From Octopus vulgaris (lineage: Eukaryota), in assembly GCA_951406725.2 (NCBI GenBank), contig OX597838.1, positions 18,042,001 through 18,106,000 on the forward strand: a stretch of DNA of 64,000 nucleotides. The letters run 5' to 3'. This document shows, piece after piece, positions 14,102-26,977 of this stretch (positions within the stretch are counted from its first letter, which is position 1; each line of letters begins with the position of its first letter). The notes under the pieces are model-generated. The model was given only the letters and a program-made list of their open reading frames with translations. It made no database searches and had not been told where the DNA came from. The position numbers and the translations under genes are program-made.

Positions 14102-14192
14102 AAACACTCACAATGCCTGGTCTTGGAATCGAAACCGCGTTCTTTACGACCGCGAGTCCGCTGCCCTAACCACTGGGCCATTGCGCCTCCAC
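14100..14192 (-). mobile_element. SINE family C head fragment
   Basis: Reverse complement of GGAGGCGCAATGGCCCAGTGGTTAGGGCAGCGGACTCGCGGTCG..GGTTTCGATTCC. Confidence 0.75.
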
Positions 14193-14881
14193 CGACGCTG
14201 TTGTTCGATGGAAGTGGTGTAGCTGGCGGTGGTGTTGGTGGTTGTTGTCGTGATGACGTTATTGCTAATGATGTTGATGACGAAGGTGTTGGAAGTAGCG
14301 AAGGCGGTAGTAGAAAAGTGGTTGTTGATGTTGTTATAGTGGTGGTTGTGGGGTGGGGGTGGGGTAGAGGTTAGTAAGTAGACAGGGGTATATATACTTC
14401 CTAGCTCCACCCCTGACTGAAAGGAAACGTCTGGCGTTAGACATATATCACCTGAGTCTGTAATCTCCTCACCAAGACAGGTAAGTCTTTACTGCCGTGT
14501 CGTCTTAATTAACACAGATGACGTGCTAATAAAACACCTCAAAGGAGTCCAGGTGGGGGGAATATAAATAAATAAATAAATAAGATAAATAAATAAATTT
14601 AGGGATCAACTAAAGCGGTGAGTAATCCTCGTGGTGGTGGTGGTGGTGGTAATGGTGGTGGTGGCGGTGGTGGTGGTGGTTGTGGTGGTGGTTGTGGTGG
14701 TGGCGGTGGTGGTGGTGGTTGTGGTGGTGGTTGTGGTGGTGGCGGCGGCGGTGGTGGTTAATCGTGGGTTTTGCTGGTGGGAGAGGCGAGACAGTATTTT
14801 GATAGAAAGGGGTTTTCTGGCTGCTAATTTATGGACACAAATGCACACACCTATGTGTGCACGCGAGGGTGTGTGTGTGTG

Positions 14882-14943
<62 letters not shown>

Positions 14944-15246
14944 TACATATATATATATGTGTGTGTGTATACGCGTGTGTGTGCGAGTGTATACACTTGC
15001 ATACACACCTATGAATAGGTATATATATACATACGTAGATATCTGTACGTTTATAACAAGGATATGAAATGATGAAAAGTAGATTCAATGAAAAAGTAAG
15101 AAGAGAAAAAGAAAAAAAAATTAAATAGTAAAGATCGCTTATATCAAAGAGTTTCAGAAACGGTACAGAAACTAATAAATATTCCGGTAAGGGTACACAC
15201 GACCATAGAAGAGGTGGTGCTGCTTCTGATAGTTTGCACATGCACG

Positions 15247-15284
<38 letters not shown>

Positions 15285-15374
15285 AACGTGAGCGCGGGCA
15301 CACACATGTATATAATTAAATTTAATTCATGCCAATCATCCTTCAGTAAAGAGTCTATCTATTGAGCCTTATCA

Positions 15375-15427
<53 letters not shown>

Positions 15428-15524
15428 TTCTTTCCTTCCCTGAGCGTCTGCTTAATAATTTGCATGTACTTATACCCTCTCTCGTTGTTGTTTTTTCTTG
15501 TTTTTTTCGGGGGGGGGGGGGTTA

Positions 15525-15565
<41 letters not shown>

Positions 15566-15728
15566 GTATATATATATACACACACATATATATATACATA
15601 CATAGAACGAGAACAAATATTGAGTAAACCAACCAGTAATGTAACTATAATGATAATGGAAACAGCTGTAAGCCAAAATTGCCCCAATTAAGAAATGATA
15701 TTTAATGACTATTATTTTTAATTTCTTT

Positions 15729-15780
<52 letters not shown>

Positions 15781-15814
15781 TTTGCTGCCACTCTTTGATG
15801 AAATTTTTTCTGAA

Positions 15815-15919
<105 letters not shown>

Positions 15920-15944
15920 CACATATATATATATATATATATGT

Positions 15945-16039
15945 TTGAAAGACGAAGACAGGTGTATGAACAAGCAGGTGTATTAGTTTGACCCTCAGGA
16001 AAGTGAGAGTCTTTTACGATTCGAGCCTACTATGCTCTT

Positions 16040-16043
<4 letters not shown>
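15945..16043 (-). mobile_element. Penelope-like pLTR-type fragment with hammerhead-like remnant
   Basis: Reverse complement reads TGAAGAGCATAGTAGGCTCGAATCGTAAAAGAC; homologous to 28359-28485 and 52770-52870; embedded in (TA)n. Confidence 0.5.
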
Positions 16044-16081
<38 letters not shown>

Positions 16082-16401
16082 GACTCCGCCGGTTACGACG
16101 ACGAGGGTCCCAGCTGATACGATCAAAGGAACAGCATGCTCGTGAAATTAACGTGCAAATGGCTGAGCATTCCACAGACACGTGTACCCTTAACGTAGTT
16201 CTCGGGAATAATCAGCGTGACACAGAGAGTGACAAGGCTGACCCTTTGAAATACAAGTACAACTCATTTTTGCCAGCTGAATGGACTGGAGCAACGTGAA
16301 ATAAAGTGTCTTGCTCAAGGACACAACGCGTCGCCGGGAATCGAACTCACAACCTTACGATCGTGAGCCGAATGCCCAAACCAATAAGCCACGCGCCTTC
16401 A
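16082..16401 (-). mobile_element. SINE family D head with tail type a
   Basis: Head GAAGGCGCGTGGCTTA..GTGAGTTCGATTCCC, body TTGTGTCCTTGAGCAAGACACTT..CCAGTCCATTCAGCTGG; tail shared with family C copies 21205-21576 and 46490-46876. Confidence 0.8.
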
Positions 16402-17010
<609 letters not shown>

Positions 17011-17024
17011 ATACATATATATAT

Positions 17025-17390
17025 ATTTCTTTTGCTTGTTTCAGTCATTAGATTGCGTCCTTACTTGGGCACCATCTTCAAGAAGTTGTAGCTGAATGAA
17101 TCGACCCCAGTATATATATATATAGTACTTTTTTATCCTGGTACTTACTCTATCAGTCCTATATACGGAACCGCTAAGTTATGGGGACATAAACACACCA
17201 GCACCAGTTATCAAGTGGTGGTAGAGAAACGCCGACACACACACACTTAAAGATATATATACGACGGGCTTCTTTCAGTTTCCATCTACCAGATCCACTC
17301 ACAAGGCTTTGCTCGACCCGCGGCTATAATAGAAGATACTTGCCCAAGTGGGACTGAACCCAGAACTATGTGGTTGTGAAACAAGCTTCT
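17025..17390 (-). mobile_element. SINE family B (diverged; head interrupted by a family A dimer)
   Basis: Family B tail and body; the head is cut at AGAAGCTTG by a family A tail. Confidence 0.7.
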
Positions 17391-17806
17391 TATTTCTTTA
17401 CCGCCCACAAGAGGCTACACACAGAAGGGACAAACAAGGAAAGACAAACAGATTAAGTCAATTACATCGACACCAGTGCGTAACTGGTACTTAATTTATC
17501 GACCCCGAGAGGATGACAGGCAAAGTCGACCTCGGCGGAATTTGAACTCAGAACGTAATGGCAGATGAAATACCTATTTCTTTACTACCCACAAGGGGTT
17601 AAACACAGAAAGGACAAACAAAGACAGACAAAGAGATTAAGTCGATTATATCGACACCAGTGCGTAACTGGTACTTAATTTATCGACCCCGGAAGGATGA
17701 AAGGCAAAGTCGACCTCGGCGGAATTTGAACTCTGAACGTAGCGGCAAACGAAATACGGCTAAGCATTTTGTCCGGCATGCTAACGTTTCTGCCAGCTCG
17801 CAGCCT
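17391..17806 (-). mobile_element. SINE family A tandem dimer
   Basis: Two units joined by the GTAGTAAAGAAATA|GGTATTTC junction. Confidence 0.85.
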
Positions 17807-18329
17807 TCGTACCACACAACCACACTTGCCTCCTATCCATACATGCATATATGTCTCTGTCTGTGCTTGTCTATCTCTCTGATTGTCTGTCTGACTATGT
17901 GTGTATGTATGTATGTATGTATGTATGTATGTATGTATGTATGTATGTATATATATATATATATATCCATTATATCCATTTTTGTTCTGTAGGTAGGAAT
18001 AGGGAAAGCTCTATAGATTAATAAGTGCGGCTCCGGAACAGCGATATGAAGAGTATACTGTTTCAACGATTTGGGGTTGCGAGTACTCAGAAAAGTGCTT
18101 GGTATATATTATGACAGCATCCACCTTTCCTATAGGTGCAATAGGCTGGTGGTTTCATTTTCTAGTAAATTGTAAATCACAGCCTTCATCATAAAGAATG
18201 TTTTTTGATGGTTGAAACAGTTATGGCTCCCACGTCCATAATCACACACCTTAACAGGTATCGGCGCCCATTCATCATTACCGAGGCTGTTACTGCTACA
18301 TCGCTTCAAAACCACAACCACAACCGATG

Positions 18330-18838
18330 CTGGAGGCGCAATGGCCCAGTGGTTAGGGCAGCGGACTCGCGGTCGTAAGAACGCGGTTTCGATTCCCGGT
18401 CCGGGCATCGTGAGTGTTTATTGAGCAAAAACACCTAAGCTCCACGAGGCTCCGGCGGGGGATGGTAGTGGTGAACCCCGCTGTACTCTTTCACCACAAC
18501 TTTCTCTCCCTCTTTCTTCCTACTTCTGCCACAAAGCAGAGGAACCATGGTGTAGCCCACTATAATGTGGTAAATTGCAGACCCTAGTCTAGATTGCGAA
18601 TCCTCTGAACTTTTAACGGGTGGTTCAGCTCGCCACCCGTTAAAAGCCACCGTTTACGGAATGAGGATAACAACGTAGCTTTCGCACCCGTGCAACCGCC
18701 AGTCTATCGCGTGTGGTGGGTGGATCTTCAAGTTGCCGCACGCATTCTTAGTAGCTTAGAGTAGGCTCGAATTAGAGATTATTCCTTGTGGCTAATGGCG
18801 TGAGTCTTGATTGGAAGAAGAAGAAGAAGAAAAAGAAG
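18330..18838 (+). mobile_element. SINE family C head with tail type c ending in (GAA)n
   Basis: Family C head, then a ~300-bp segment shared with 32938-33330 (reverse strand), ending TGATTGG(AAG)n. Confidence 0.8.
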
Positions 18839-19381
18839 ACCAAAACCGATTTCATAACCACCATCACCATAGCTATCAACCACCACCTCCCTTATCACTA
18901 TCACCGTCTCCACCTCCCTCCATCACAGCCACTGCCGGTACCGTTATCTCCGATGCGGCTATCACCGCATCTCACAATCTCAACCTCCACTCACGACCAC
19001 TAACACCACTAACACCGCCAACTCCACCGACAGACGATAGATAGTTCATAGCATTCAGCACATCTGGATTTCGGTAAAAATGCTAATAAGAATTACAAAA
19101 GGTGAAACAATAGAACCACAACTAAATTCCTATTACGTCCAAAACAATCTACACACACACACACGTACACACATACCTTACCGAGCGAACTCTTCCTCAG
19201 ACATCACCTTCCCTTCAACACGCCAAAACTGCTTCAATCACGTAACAAACGATCGTCTTCACACTTCAGACGAACTATTAAATGAACAACGCAGCAACAC
19301 ATTACACAGTAATGGAGAAAGCAAGATCACTCTTACTAATTTCAAAACAATATCCTGCGCTGGAAGCGCAAGCCTGGCCAC

Positions 19382-19915
19382 AGGCGCAGGCGCAGTCGTG
19401 TGGTAAGGAATTTGCTTCTCAAACACATGGCCCTGGGTTCAGTCGTAGGTGTTTTCTATTAGAGTCCGGGCCGACCAAAGCCTTGTGAGCATCGTAGGCG
19501 TAAATTGAAAGAAGCTCGTCATATATATATATTATATATACTCTTTTACTTGTTTCAGTCATTTGACTGCGGCCATGCTGGAGCATCGCTTTAGTCGAGC
19601 AAATCGACCCCAGGATTTATTCTTAGTAAGCCTAGTACTTATTCCATGGGTCTTTTTTTTACCGATATATATGTATATATATATGTACGTGTGTGTATAT
19701 GTTTGTGTGTCTGTGTTTGTCCCCTCCCCCCCGACATCGCTTGACAACCGATGCTGGCGTGTTTACGTTCCCGTAACTTAGCGGTTCGGCAAAAGAGACC
19801 GATAGAATAAGTACCAGGCTTCCAAAGAATAAGTCCTGGGGTCGATCTGGTCGACTAAAGGCGGTGCTCCAGCATGGCCGCAGTCAAATGACCGAAAAAA
19901 GAAAAGTAAAAGAGT
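19382..19915. mobile_element. SINE family B fragments in rearranged/inverted order
   Basis: Head (+) 19382-19520; tail (-) 19540-19660; body and tail (+) 19690-19915. Confidence 0.7.
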
Positions 19916-19939
19916 ATGAGAGAGTAAAGAGTTCTCAAT

Positions 19940-21000
19940 ACTCATCAGAAATAGCCGATTTCATAGAGGCTAGCGACAGCTTCACTTGTAATAGACAAGG
20001 CCAAATGAAGCAGAGATAAAACCCAGCCTCAAACAACAATAGGAAGAAGATAAACCATAGGCAACAATAAGTAGCACACGCTTTCATGTGATATAAACCA
20101 CAAAACAAACAGTTGAACAAGTTTATTGAGTAATTAACAACATCAACAACTGCATTCACGGCCCATACCACAATAACAAACCTCAAATATCAAACCAGTG
20201 ATATAACACCAAACACACACCCTTAACAGATATTTCATTGAAAAAACCCACGAAGAAATCATGAAGACAAAATGAAAAAACATCTACCTTCTGCCATATC
20301 GTAATTGGGACCTCGTTCCTTCCATCTACAGAATAACTACAAATCACAAAACCCCTAAGTCAGACAAAATCACAAATACACCTAAAAACCCTACTGGTCC
20401 TGAAACAATCGCACCAGTCACCAATATTTACGGTTGCTTGTTCTGTGAAATTTCCAGAATCTGGAACTGGGGGAAAGTCGTAACAGTTCTTCCAAACCCT
20501 TCATATAAGATCCATCGAGCACCTTTGCTAACTCTCAAACAAATAATGAAGGACAATTTCTTGACATTACCGACCTCTCTCGAATTCATGATAAATATTC
20601 TGACCACTTAATCACCATAAAACTCATTAACTTATCCCGGGGCTTTATGACGGCTGCAACATTATAAAAAAAAAAAAATACCCTCCCACATGCATCATTC
20701 CAAAAGCCATTAACGTCAGCAATGCTTTTCTTTGCATTTCCGGCTATCCACTGATACACAAAATAATCAACTCCTCTTAAAAAAGCAACATCAAATTCTA
20801 GCTACCGAACTACCTGTCAGATCGCCAAACTTATGTGGTGTACAATAATAACAACAGAACTTCCAGAACTCGCAATTTCCCGAATACGCTATTTCAACCT
20901 ATACGTGACCTTTTCATAACTTTACAAAGCAAGACAACACACTTATCCACTCACACCATTCTCTAGGCACAGGTGCACTGCTTCTCCAACACTTCACCAA
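19940..21000 (+). mobile_element. Possible highly decayed Penelope-like RT fragment
   Basis: AC-rich strand with short QFLDIT and SGYPLI-like motifs only; weak. Confidence 0.3.
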
Positions 21001-21204
21001 CCACATTACAGACTAATGGAGAAAGCAAGATCACTCTTACTAATTTCAAAAAAATCCTGCGCTGGGTTCAGTCGTAGGTGTCTTCTATTAGAGTCCGGGC
21101 CGACCAAAGCCTTCTGAGCATCGTAGGCGTAAATTGAAAGAAGCTCGTCATATATATATATATGCTCCTTTACTTGTTTCAGTCATTTGACTGCGACCAT
21201 GGTG

Positions 21205-21576
21205 GTGGAAGCACTCCGTCGGTTACGACGACGAGGGTTCCGGTTGATCCGAATCAACGGAACAGCCTGCTCGTGAAATTAACGTGTAAGTGGCTGAGCA
21301 CTCCACAGACACGTGTACACTTAACGTAGTTCTCGGGGATATTCAGAGTGACAAGGCCGGCCCTTTGAAATACAGGTACAACAGAAACAGGAAGTAAGAG
21401 TGAGAGAAAGTTGTGGTGAAAGAGTACAGCAGGGATCACCACCATCCCCTGCCGGAGCCTCGTGGAGCTTTAGGTGTTTTCGCTCAATAAACACTCACAA
21501 CGCCCGGTCTGGGAATCGAAACCGCGATCCTATGACCGCGAGTCCGCTGCCTTAACCACTGGGCCATTGCGCCTCC
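21205..21576 (-). mobile_element. SINE family C with tail type a
   Basis: Full-length; 10-bp TSD CTGCGACCAT at 21191-21200 and 21578-21587. Confidence 0.9.
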
Positions 21577-21734
21577 GCTGCGACCATACTGACTACACAT
21601 CGTCAGACTTAAAGTAGCACATACCAAATTTAATTTTCTTTCTTAACTACAACACCAGGGAAAAACACATACAACCAACCGTTTCACTCAGCAATATAAA
21701 CACGTCTCATACTTAAAAGACAAAAATATATTAG

Positions 21735-22066
21735 GAGTTACAAGTCCATAGCATTGACAGCATATTTAGAGACAATGATTTGCTGAAATCGCGTCCGGAG
21801 AGAAAATCCGCATTTGTTGTAAAAGGGTTACAGTGATATAATATGGATGTTGTAGCATTAGCCGAGAAAAGAATTCATGGAAAAGGGAATTTTATAGAGC
21901 AATCTGCTGGGTATCATTTAATTTGGAGCGGTCGTGATGAGACCTGTAAGAGAGAATCGAGTAGGATTTGAAATTAAAACCACTCTGGTTTCAAAACATG
22001 AGGAACAGCCATACGGTCATTCTGATCGATTGATGTCTTTAACATTTCTATTAAGAAAGGGTAAGA
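21735..22066 (+). mobile_element. RTE-clade LINE, APE endonuclease N-terminal fragment
   Basis: SRPERKSAFV..YNMDVVALAEKRIHGKG..EQSAGYHLIWSGR..GFEIK..PYGHSDRLMSL, matching the start of RTE endonucleases. Confidence 0.8.
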
Positions 22067-22300
22067 AAGGTGGTTAGCTGGCAGAAACGTTAGCACGCCG
22101 GGCGAAATGCGTAGCCGTATTTCGTCTGTCGTTACGTTCTGAGTTCAAATTCCGCCGAGGTCGACTTTGCCTTTCATCCTTTCGGGGTCGATAAATTAAG
22201 TACCAGTTTCCAACTGGGGTCGATGTAATCGACTTAATCCCTTTGTCCGTCCTTGTTTGTCCCCTCTATGTTTAGCCCCTTGTGGGCAGTAAAGAAATAT
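22067..22300 (+). mobile_element. SINE family A
   Basis: Full-length; sits at the RTE deletion junction; flanked by TATTAAGAAAG (22049-22059 and 22299-22309). Confidence 0.85.
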
Positions 22301-22815
22301 ATTAAGAAAGAGTAAGAGAAGGCTTAGAAGAAATGAGCCTGTGGAAAATAAGAGTGTTACCTTTTGTGTGTATGTGTATGTGGTTTGTGGGAGGTGATGC
22401 TTGAGTCATGCAGGCCTGGTCAGTCATCAGAGAACTCAAAGGAATCGACCAATGGTAAATTGTGATACGGCTATTGTTTACAATAGAACATGTGCCATCT
22501 GTAGAAAGGTGTGCCTTATCAGTTGGAGGATTGAAAAGGTATGTCAAAAGAGTTCTTACTGTGGCATCTGTTCCTTCTGCCAGCCAGCACAGCTGTGCAT
22601 TATGCAAAAGTATGTGCAAATCTTTGGCCAGGTTCAAGAGTCATACAAGGGCCTCACATTGCATCATCAAGGACTCATTTCAGTGATTCTTTGTATACGA
22701 TCCATGGTCTTGGCCTTAGCATGCTTGTGCTCGAGGCACTGCGACTTCGCGCTGGCCTTGACATGCTTGAGGTCGAGGTGCTGCGACTTCGAGGTCTTCC
22801 CACACACATACACAG
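22301..22815 (+). mobile_element. RTE-clade LINE 3' end with C2H2-like zinc fingers
   Basis: VCGR*CLSHAGLVSHQRT, CAICRKVCL and CALCKSMCKSLARFKSHTRASH, followed by a 3' UTR ending in short CA repeats. Confidence 0.65.
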
Positions 22816-22824
22816 AGAAGTATT

Positions 22825-23450
22825 CATTTCAAATTTCGGTACAAGGCCAGCAATTCCGGGGCAGGGAGTGAGTCGATTACATCGACGTCAGTACTCGACT
22901 GGGACTTATTTTATCGACGCCGAAAGGCCGAAAGGTCGAAAGGCAAAGATGACCTCGACGTAACTTGAACTCGTATGGAGGACTTATGAACTCGTATGAA
23001 AAACTCTATAAAGACGTATGAAACGCCGCTAAGAATTTTGCCTGGCGTGCAACGAGTCTGCCAGCTCGCCGCCTTAGATACAAGACAAATATTCTATTCT
23101 ACTCTAGGCACAAGGCCCGAAATTTTAGGGGAGAGGACCAGTCAATTAGATCGATCCCAGTACGCAACTGGTACTTAATTTATCGACCCCGAAAGGACGA
23201 AAGGCAAAGTCGACCTCGGCGGAATTTGAACTCAGAACATAAAGACAGACGAAGTGCCTATTGTTTTACTACCCACAAGGGGCTAAACACAGAGAGGACA
23301 AACAAGGACAGACAAACGGATTAAGTCAATTACAGCGACCCCAGTGCATAACTGGTACTTGATTTATCGACCCCGAATGGATGAAAGGCAAAGTCGACCT
23401 CGGCGGAATTTGAACTCAGAACGTAGCGGCAGACGAAATACCGCAAAGCA
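22825..23450 (-). mobile_element. Cluster of SINE family A copies (one degenerate copy and one dimer)
   Basis: Family A central domain occurs three times on the minus strand. Confidence 0.75.
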
Positions 23451-24097
23451 AGTAAAAAAAGTAAAAATAAGTAAGAAAAAAAAGGAACTGTAAATAGTTA
23501 TCTCCATTTCTTAAAGTTAACAGTTAGAAAGACAGGGATATATTTAGGGAATAACTGAATTTTGGCCGCTCTTTAGCTGGATTAGAACGCAGTCGCTCAC
23601 TGTACCTAATTATGCTGCCTATTTATAGTTAGATGAATTGAAGTATTGCTGAAAATTGAATTATCTTTGATATGTATTTATATTCAGGTGAACTACGTAC
23701 AGCTGTGTACTGTACGAACACCTGATAGCTATTACTTACAGCACTGTGAACTGGGGGTAAAAATGATGAATTATCACTATCGTATCTATGGATGAGTGGT
23801 TTGGGATACATGTACTCTCTCCTACTATCTAATTGCTAATTGATAAACTTGGGTAGAAGTTTATAAGGGAACAGAACGACCCAGATTTGTGAAGAAGAAA
23901 TTGCACCATGAATCGCGATCATTAAGAAGGAGCATTAGGATAAGATAGACCAAACAACGGAAGAGGAAGCTTTATAACAGATATGAAGTTGGTTTTTCAG
24001 TAAATGGAGAGTACAACCAGGGTCAAAAGAGATGGGTATCGTTGGGTGATGTTGTTAACTTTTCTGTAAAACCTTAGTGGTATAAATGTACTCGGAG

Positions 24098-24323
24098 AAG
24101 GCGGCGAGCTGGCAGAAACGTTAGCACGCCGGGCGAAATGTGTAGCCGTATTTCGTCTACCGTTACGTTCTGAGTTCAAATTCCGCCGAGGTCGACTTTG
24201 CCTTTCATGCTTTCGGGGTCGATAAGTTAAGTACCAGTTACGCACCAGTGTAATCGACTCAATCCGTTTGTCTGTCCTTGTTTGTCCTCTCTGTGTTTAG
24301 CCCCTTGTGGGTAGTAAAGAAAT
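24098..24323 (+). mobile_element. SINE family A
   Basis: Full-length; TSD GGTATAAATGTACT at 24079-24092 and 24325-24338. Confidence 0.9.
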
Positions 24324-24341
24324 CGGTATAAATGTACTAGG

Positions 24342-24675
24342 GGGGGCGCAATGGCCCAGTGGTTAGGGCAGCGGACTCACGGTCGGAGGATCGCGGTTTC
24401 GATTCCCAGACCGGGCGTTGTGTGTGTTTATTGAGCGAAAACACCTAAAGGCTCCCCGAGCCTCCGGCAGGGGGTGGTGGCGACCCCGGTTGTACTCTTC
24501 CGCCCCAACTTTCTCACTTTCTTCCTGTTTTTTGAGTAACGCTGCGATGGATTGGCGTCCCGTCCAGCTGGAGGGGGGGGGGGCACACACACATACGCCA
24601 TAGAAACTGGGAAACCGGGCCCATGAGCCTGGCTAGGCTTGAAAAGGGCACATAAATAAATAAATAAAAAAAATA
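24342..24675 (+). mobile_element. SINE family C with tail type b
   Basis: Family C head; tail GCTGCGATGGA.TGGCGTCCCGTCCAG..GAGCCTGGCTAGGCTTGAAAAGGG(AATA)n; TSD ATAAATGTACTA. Confidence 0.85.
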
Positions 24676-24861
24676 ATAAATGTACTAAAACATTATCCCA
24701 AGTATGAAGAATTCTTGTTGGTGTTAAACTAACGCCTATTTCTAGACCTCCGATCAAACAGACGGGTGTGAACTCAAAGACATTCAGAGTTAAAGTGATA
24801 TTTTTTGCATTTATTTAGTTTAAATGATTTTTCTGAGCTGTTCCATATTTGGAACCATGTA

Positions 24862-25087
24862 TGAAGGGGTGCTGAAAAGTTCTTGGCTTCAAGTAAAAAA
24901 AAAATAGAGGAGGATCAGTTAATTATGATTTTATTCAACATATTCCCCCTCTCAGATTCACACACTTATTACAGCCGCTCTTCAGTTTCAGTTTTCCTAA
25001 GCCCTGTTAAAAGAACTCATAAGGTTGAGTCTCCAACCAGGCTTTTCACGAAACTCTTAAAGCTAGGACTGTTTCAGCACTTCCTCG
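24862..25087. mobile_element. Mariner-derived MITE
   Basis: TA-flanked imperfect TIRs TGAAGGGGTGCTGAAAAGTTCTTGGCTT / AAGCTAGGACTGTTTCAGCACTTCCTCG. Confidence 0.7.
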
Positions 25088-25322
25088 TAGAATAGTATTC
25101 CTCAAACTTTTTCGAGCTGTTCTCCTCCTTTCAGAGTAAATATTTCATCAGTGTCTCCCGATTCCACGCCTTAAATTCAATAAAAATGATACATTAAACT
25201 CTTAGTTTAATGTATCCTCAAGATACATAACAACAGTAAGTCCTCTTTCAATTAAATATGATGGGGAACGCAGTTAGAAACTTTTTTTACAGAACGGTCC
25301 ATTACGCAGGATAAATGTTTGT

Positions 25323-26165
25323 ACAGTAACACCTCACTTTACGAGGACTCGCTTTACGAGTTTTAATTTTCATGCACGCGGTCCAAATTTTCAACGAAGT
25401 GCAAAAGTTTCTACCATCATAACAAATGCTTCTGCGTGTTACCGAGAAATTTAGAGAGAGCGAAAAAAACCCGCTAAGTATTTCGCCCGGCGTGCTAACG
25501 ATTCTTATTTCTTTATTGCGCACAAGGGGTTAAACACAGAGAGGACAAACAAGGACAGACAAGGAGATTAAGTCGATTACATCAACCCCAGTGCGTAACT
25601 GGTACTTATTTAATCGACCCCGAAAGGATGAAAGGCAAAGTCGACCTCGGCGGAATTTGAACTCAGAACGTAACGGCAGACGAAATACCTATTTCTTTAC
25701 TACCCACAACGGGCTAAACACAGAAGGGACAAACAAGGACAGACAAACGGATTGAGTCGATTATATCGACCCCATTGCGTAAGTGGTACTTATTTAATCG
25801 ATCCCGAAAGGATGAAAGGTAAAGTCGACCTGGGCGGAATTTGAACTCAGAACGTAGCGGCAGACGAAATACCGCTTAGCATTTCGCCCGGCATGCTAAC
25901 GATTCTGCCAACTCGCTACCTTAACGTTTATAATAATAATCGTTTCTTATTATAAATGATCTTGGCATTCTTCTTACTTCGCATAAAATATTCTTTACAT
26001 TCTGCTGTTGTTTTATTGCCATTTATTTACGACTGTTATAAATTTCATAGGTAAAATATTTTTCTGGGAATGAATTACGATCTATAAGTTTGCTATTATG
26101 GGAAAAGATCGCTCTGGTTTACGAGCGGTCTCCAAGAACAAATTAACTCGTATATCGAGGCATAG
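25323..26165. mobile_element. Possible Tigger/pogo-type non-autonomous element, split by SINEs
   Basis: Left end CAGTAACACCTCACTTTACGAG, right end CTCGTATATCGAGGCA; repeated TTTACGAG subterminal motif. Confidence 0.45.
25470..25922 (-). mobile_element. SINE family A multimer (2 units plus a partial third)
   Basis: Contains both stereotyped junctions (..CAATAAAGAAATA|AGAATCGTTAG and ..GTAGTAAAGAAATA|GGTATTTCG). Confidence 0.85.
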
Positions 26166-26324
26166 AGTTCTTAAATTTAAGCTTGAATTCTTCATTGGTT
26201 CTAATTCTATAATTTTTTTGCCGAAAACATGAATATGGGCCTAAAATTTTAATTCGGAACCTTGAAAGCAATAATTTGAGTTTCCTTGGCTAAACAAATG
26301 CACACAATCTGATATATATATATA

Positions 26325-26661
26325 AATCCTTAAATCCTTAAAAATGTTTCAGCCCGAAGGCCGCGGCCATGCTGGGGCACCACCGCTGAATGAGCTACAC
26401 TAATATGTGAATCCACCTCTGATACGTGGCACTTGGTCAACAAGGGAGTTCGATGACGCTGCCCGCATCTGTGTCTCCTGTCGTGAGGTAGGTCCATCTG
26501 GGACCCCCGACAAGAAGAGATCAAGTTTAGTTTTAAAGAAACCCACATCCACACCTTGCAAGTCTCTCAGGCATTTAGGGAGGATGTTAAAGAGCTGTGG
26601 TCCTCTGAAACCCAAGCTGTTGCAGTATCTGGTCCTGTATTTTGATGGTGATGTTGGAATT
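26325..26661 (-). mobile_element. CR1-clade LINE, 5'-truncated 3' end
   Basis: NSLGFRGPQLFNILPKCLRD..FFKTKLDLFLSGVPDGP..RAASSNSLVDQ* (CR1 ORF2 C-terminus), short 3' UTR with a hairpin and an 8-bp (TTTAAGGA)n tail. Confidence 0.85.
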
Positions 26662-26709
26662 ATATATATATATATATATATATATATTCTTTTATTTTTT
26701 AAAAATTTT

Positions 26710-26905
26710 ATTTGTTTCAGTCATTTGACTGCGGCCATGCAGGAGCACCGCCTTTTGTCGAACAAATTGACTCCAAGACTTATTCTCTGTAAGTCCTAGA
26801 ACTTATTCTATCGGTCTTTAAGTTGCGGGGACGTAAACACACCAGCATCGGTTGTCAAACGATGGTGTTGGCGGTGAGAGGACAAGCACAAACACACAAA
26901 TACAT
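26710..26905 (-). mobile_element. SINE family B 3' half
   Basis: Family B tail and body. Confidence 0.75.

Positions 26906-26977
<72 letters not shown>

Noticed and set aside
14405-14486. Candidate exon (CCTAG|...CAG|GTAAGT)
   Set aside because: In the phase needed after the GTPase exon it hits TAA and has no Ras similarity. A non-coding or poison exon cannot be excluded, but nothing supports it.
17990-18320. Possible coding fragment on the minus strand
   Set aside because: Short, interrupted by a stop, and no motif I recognise.
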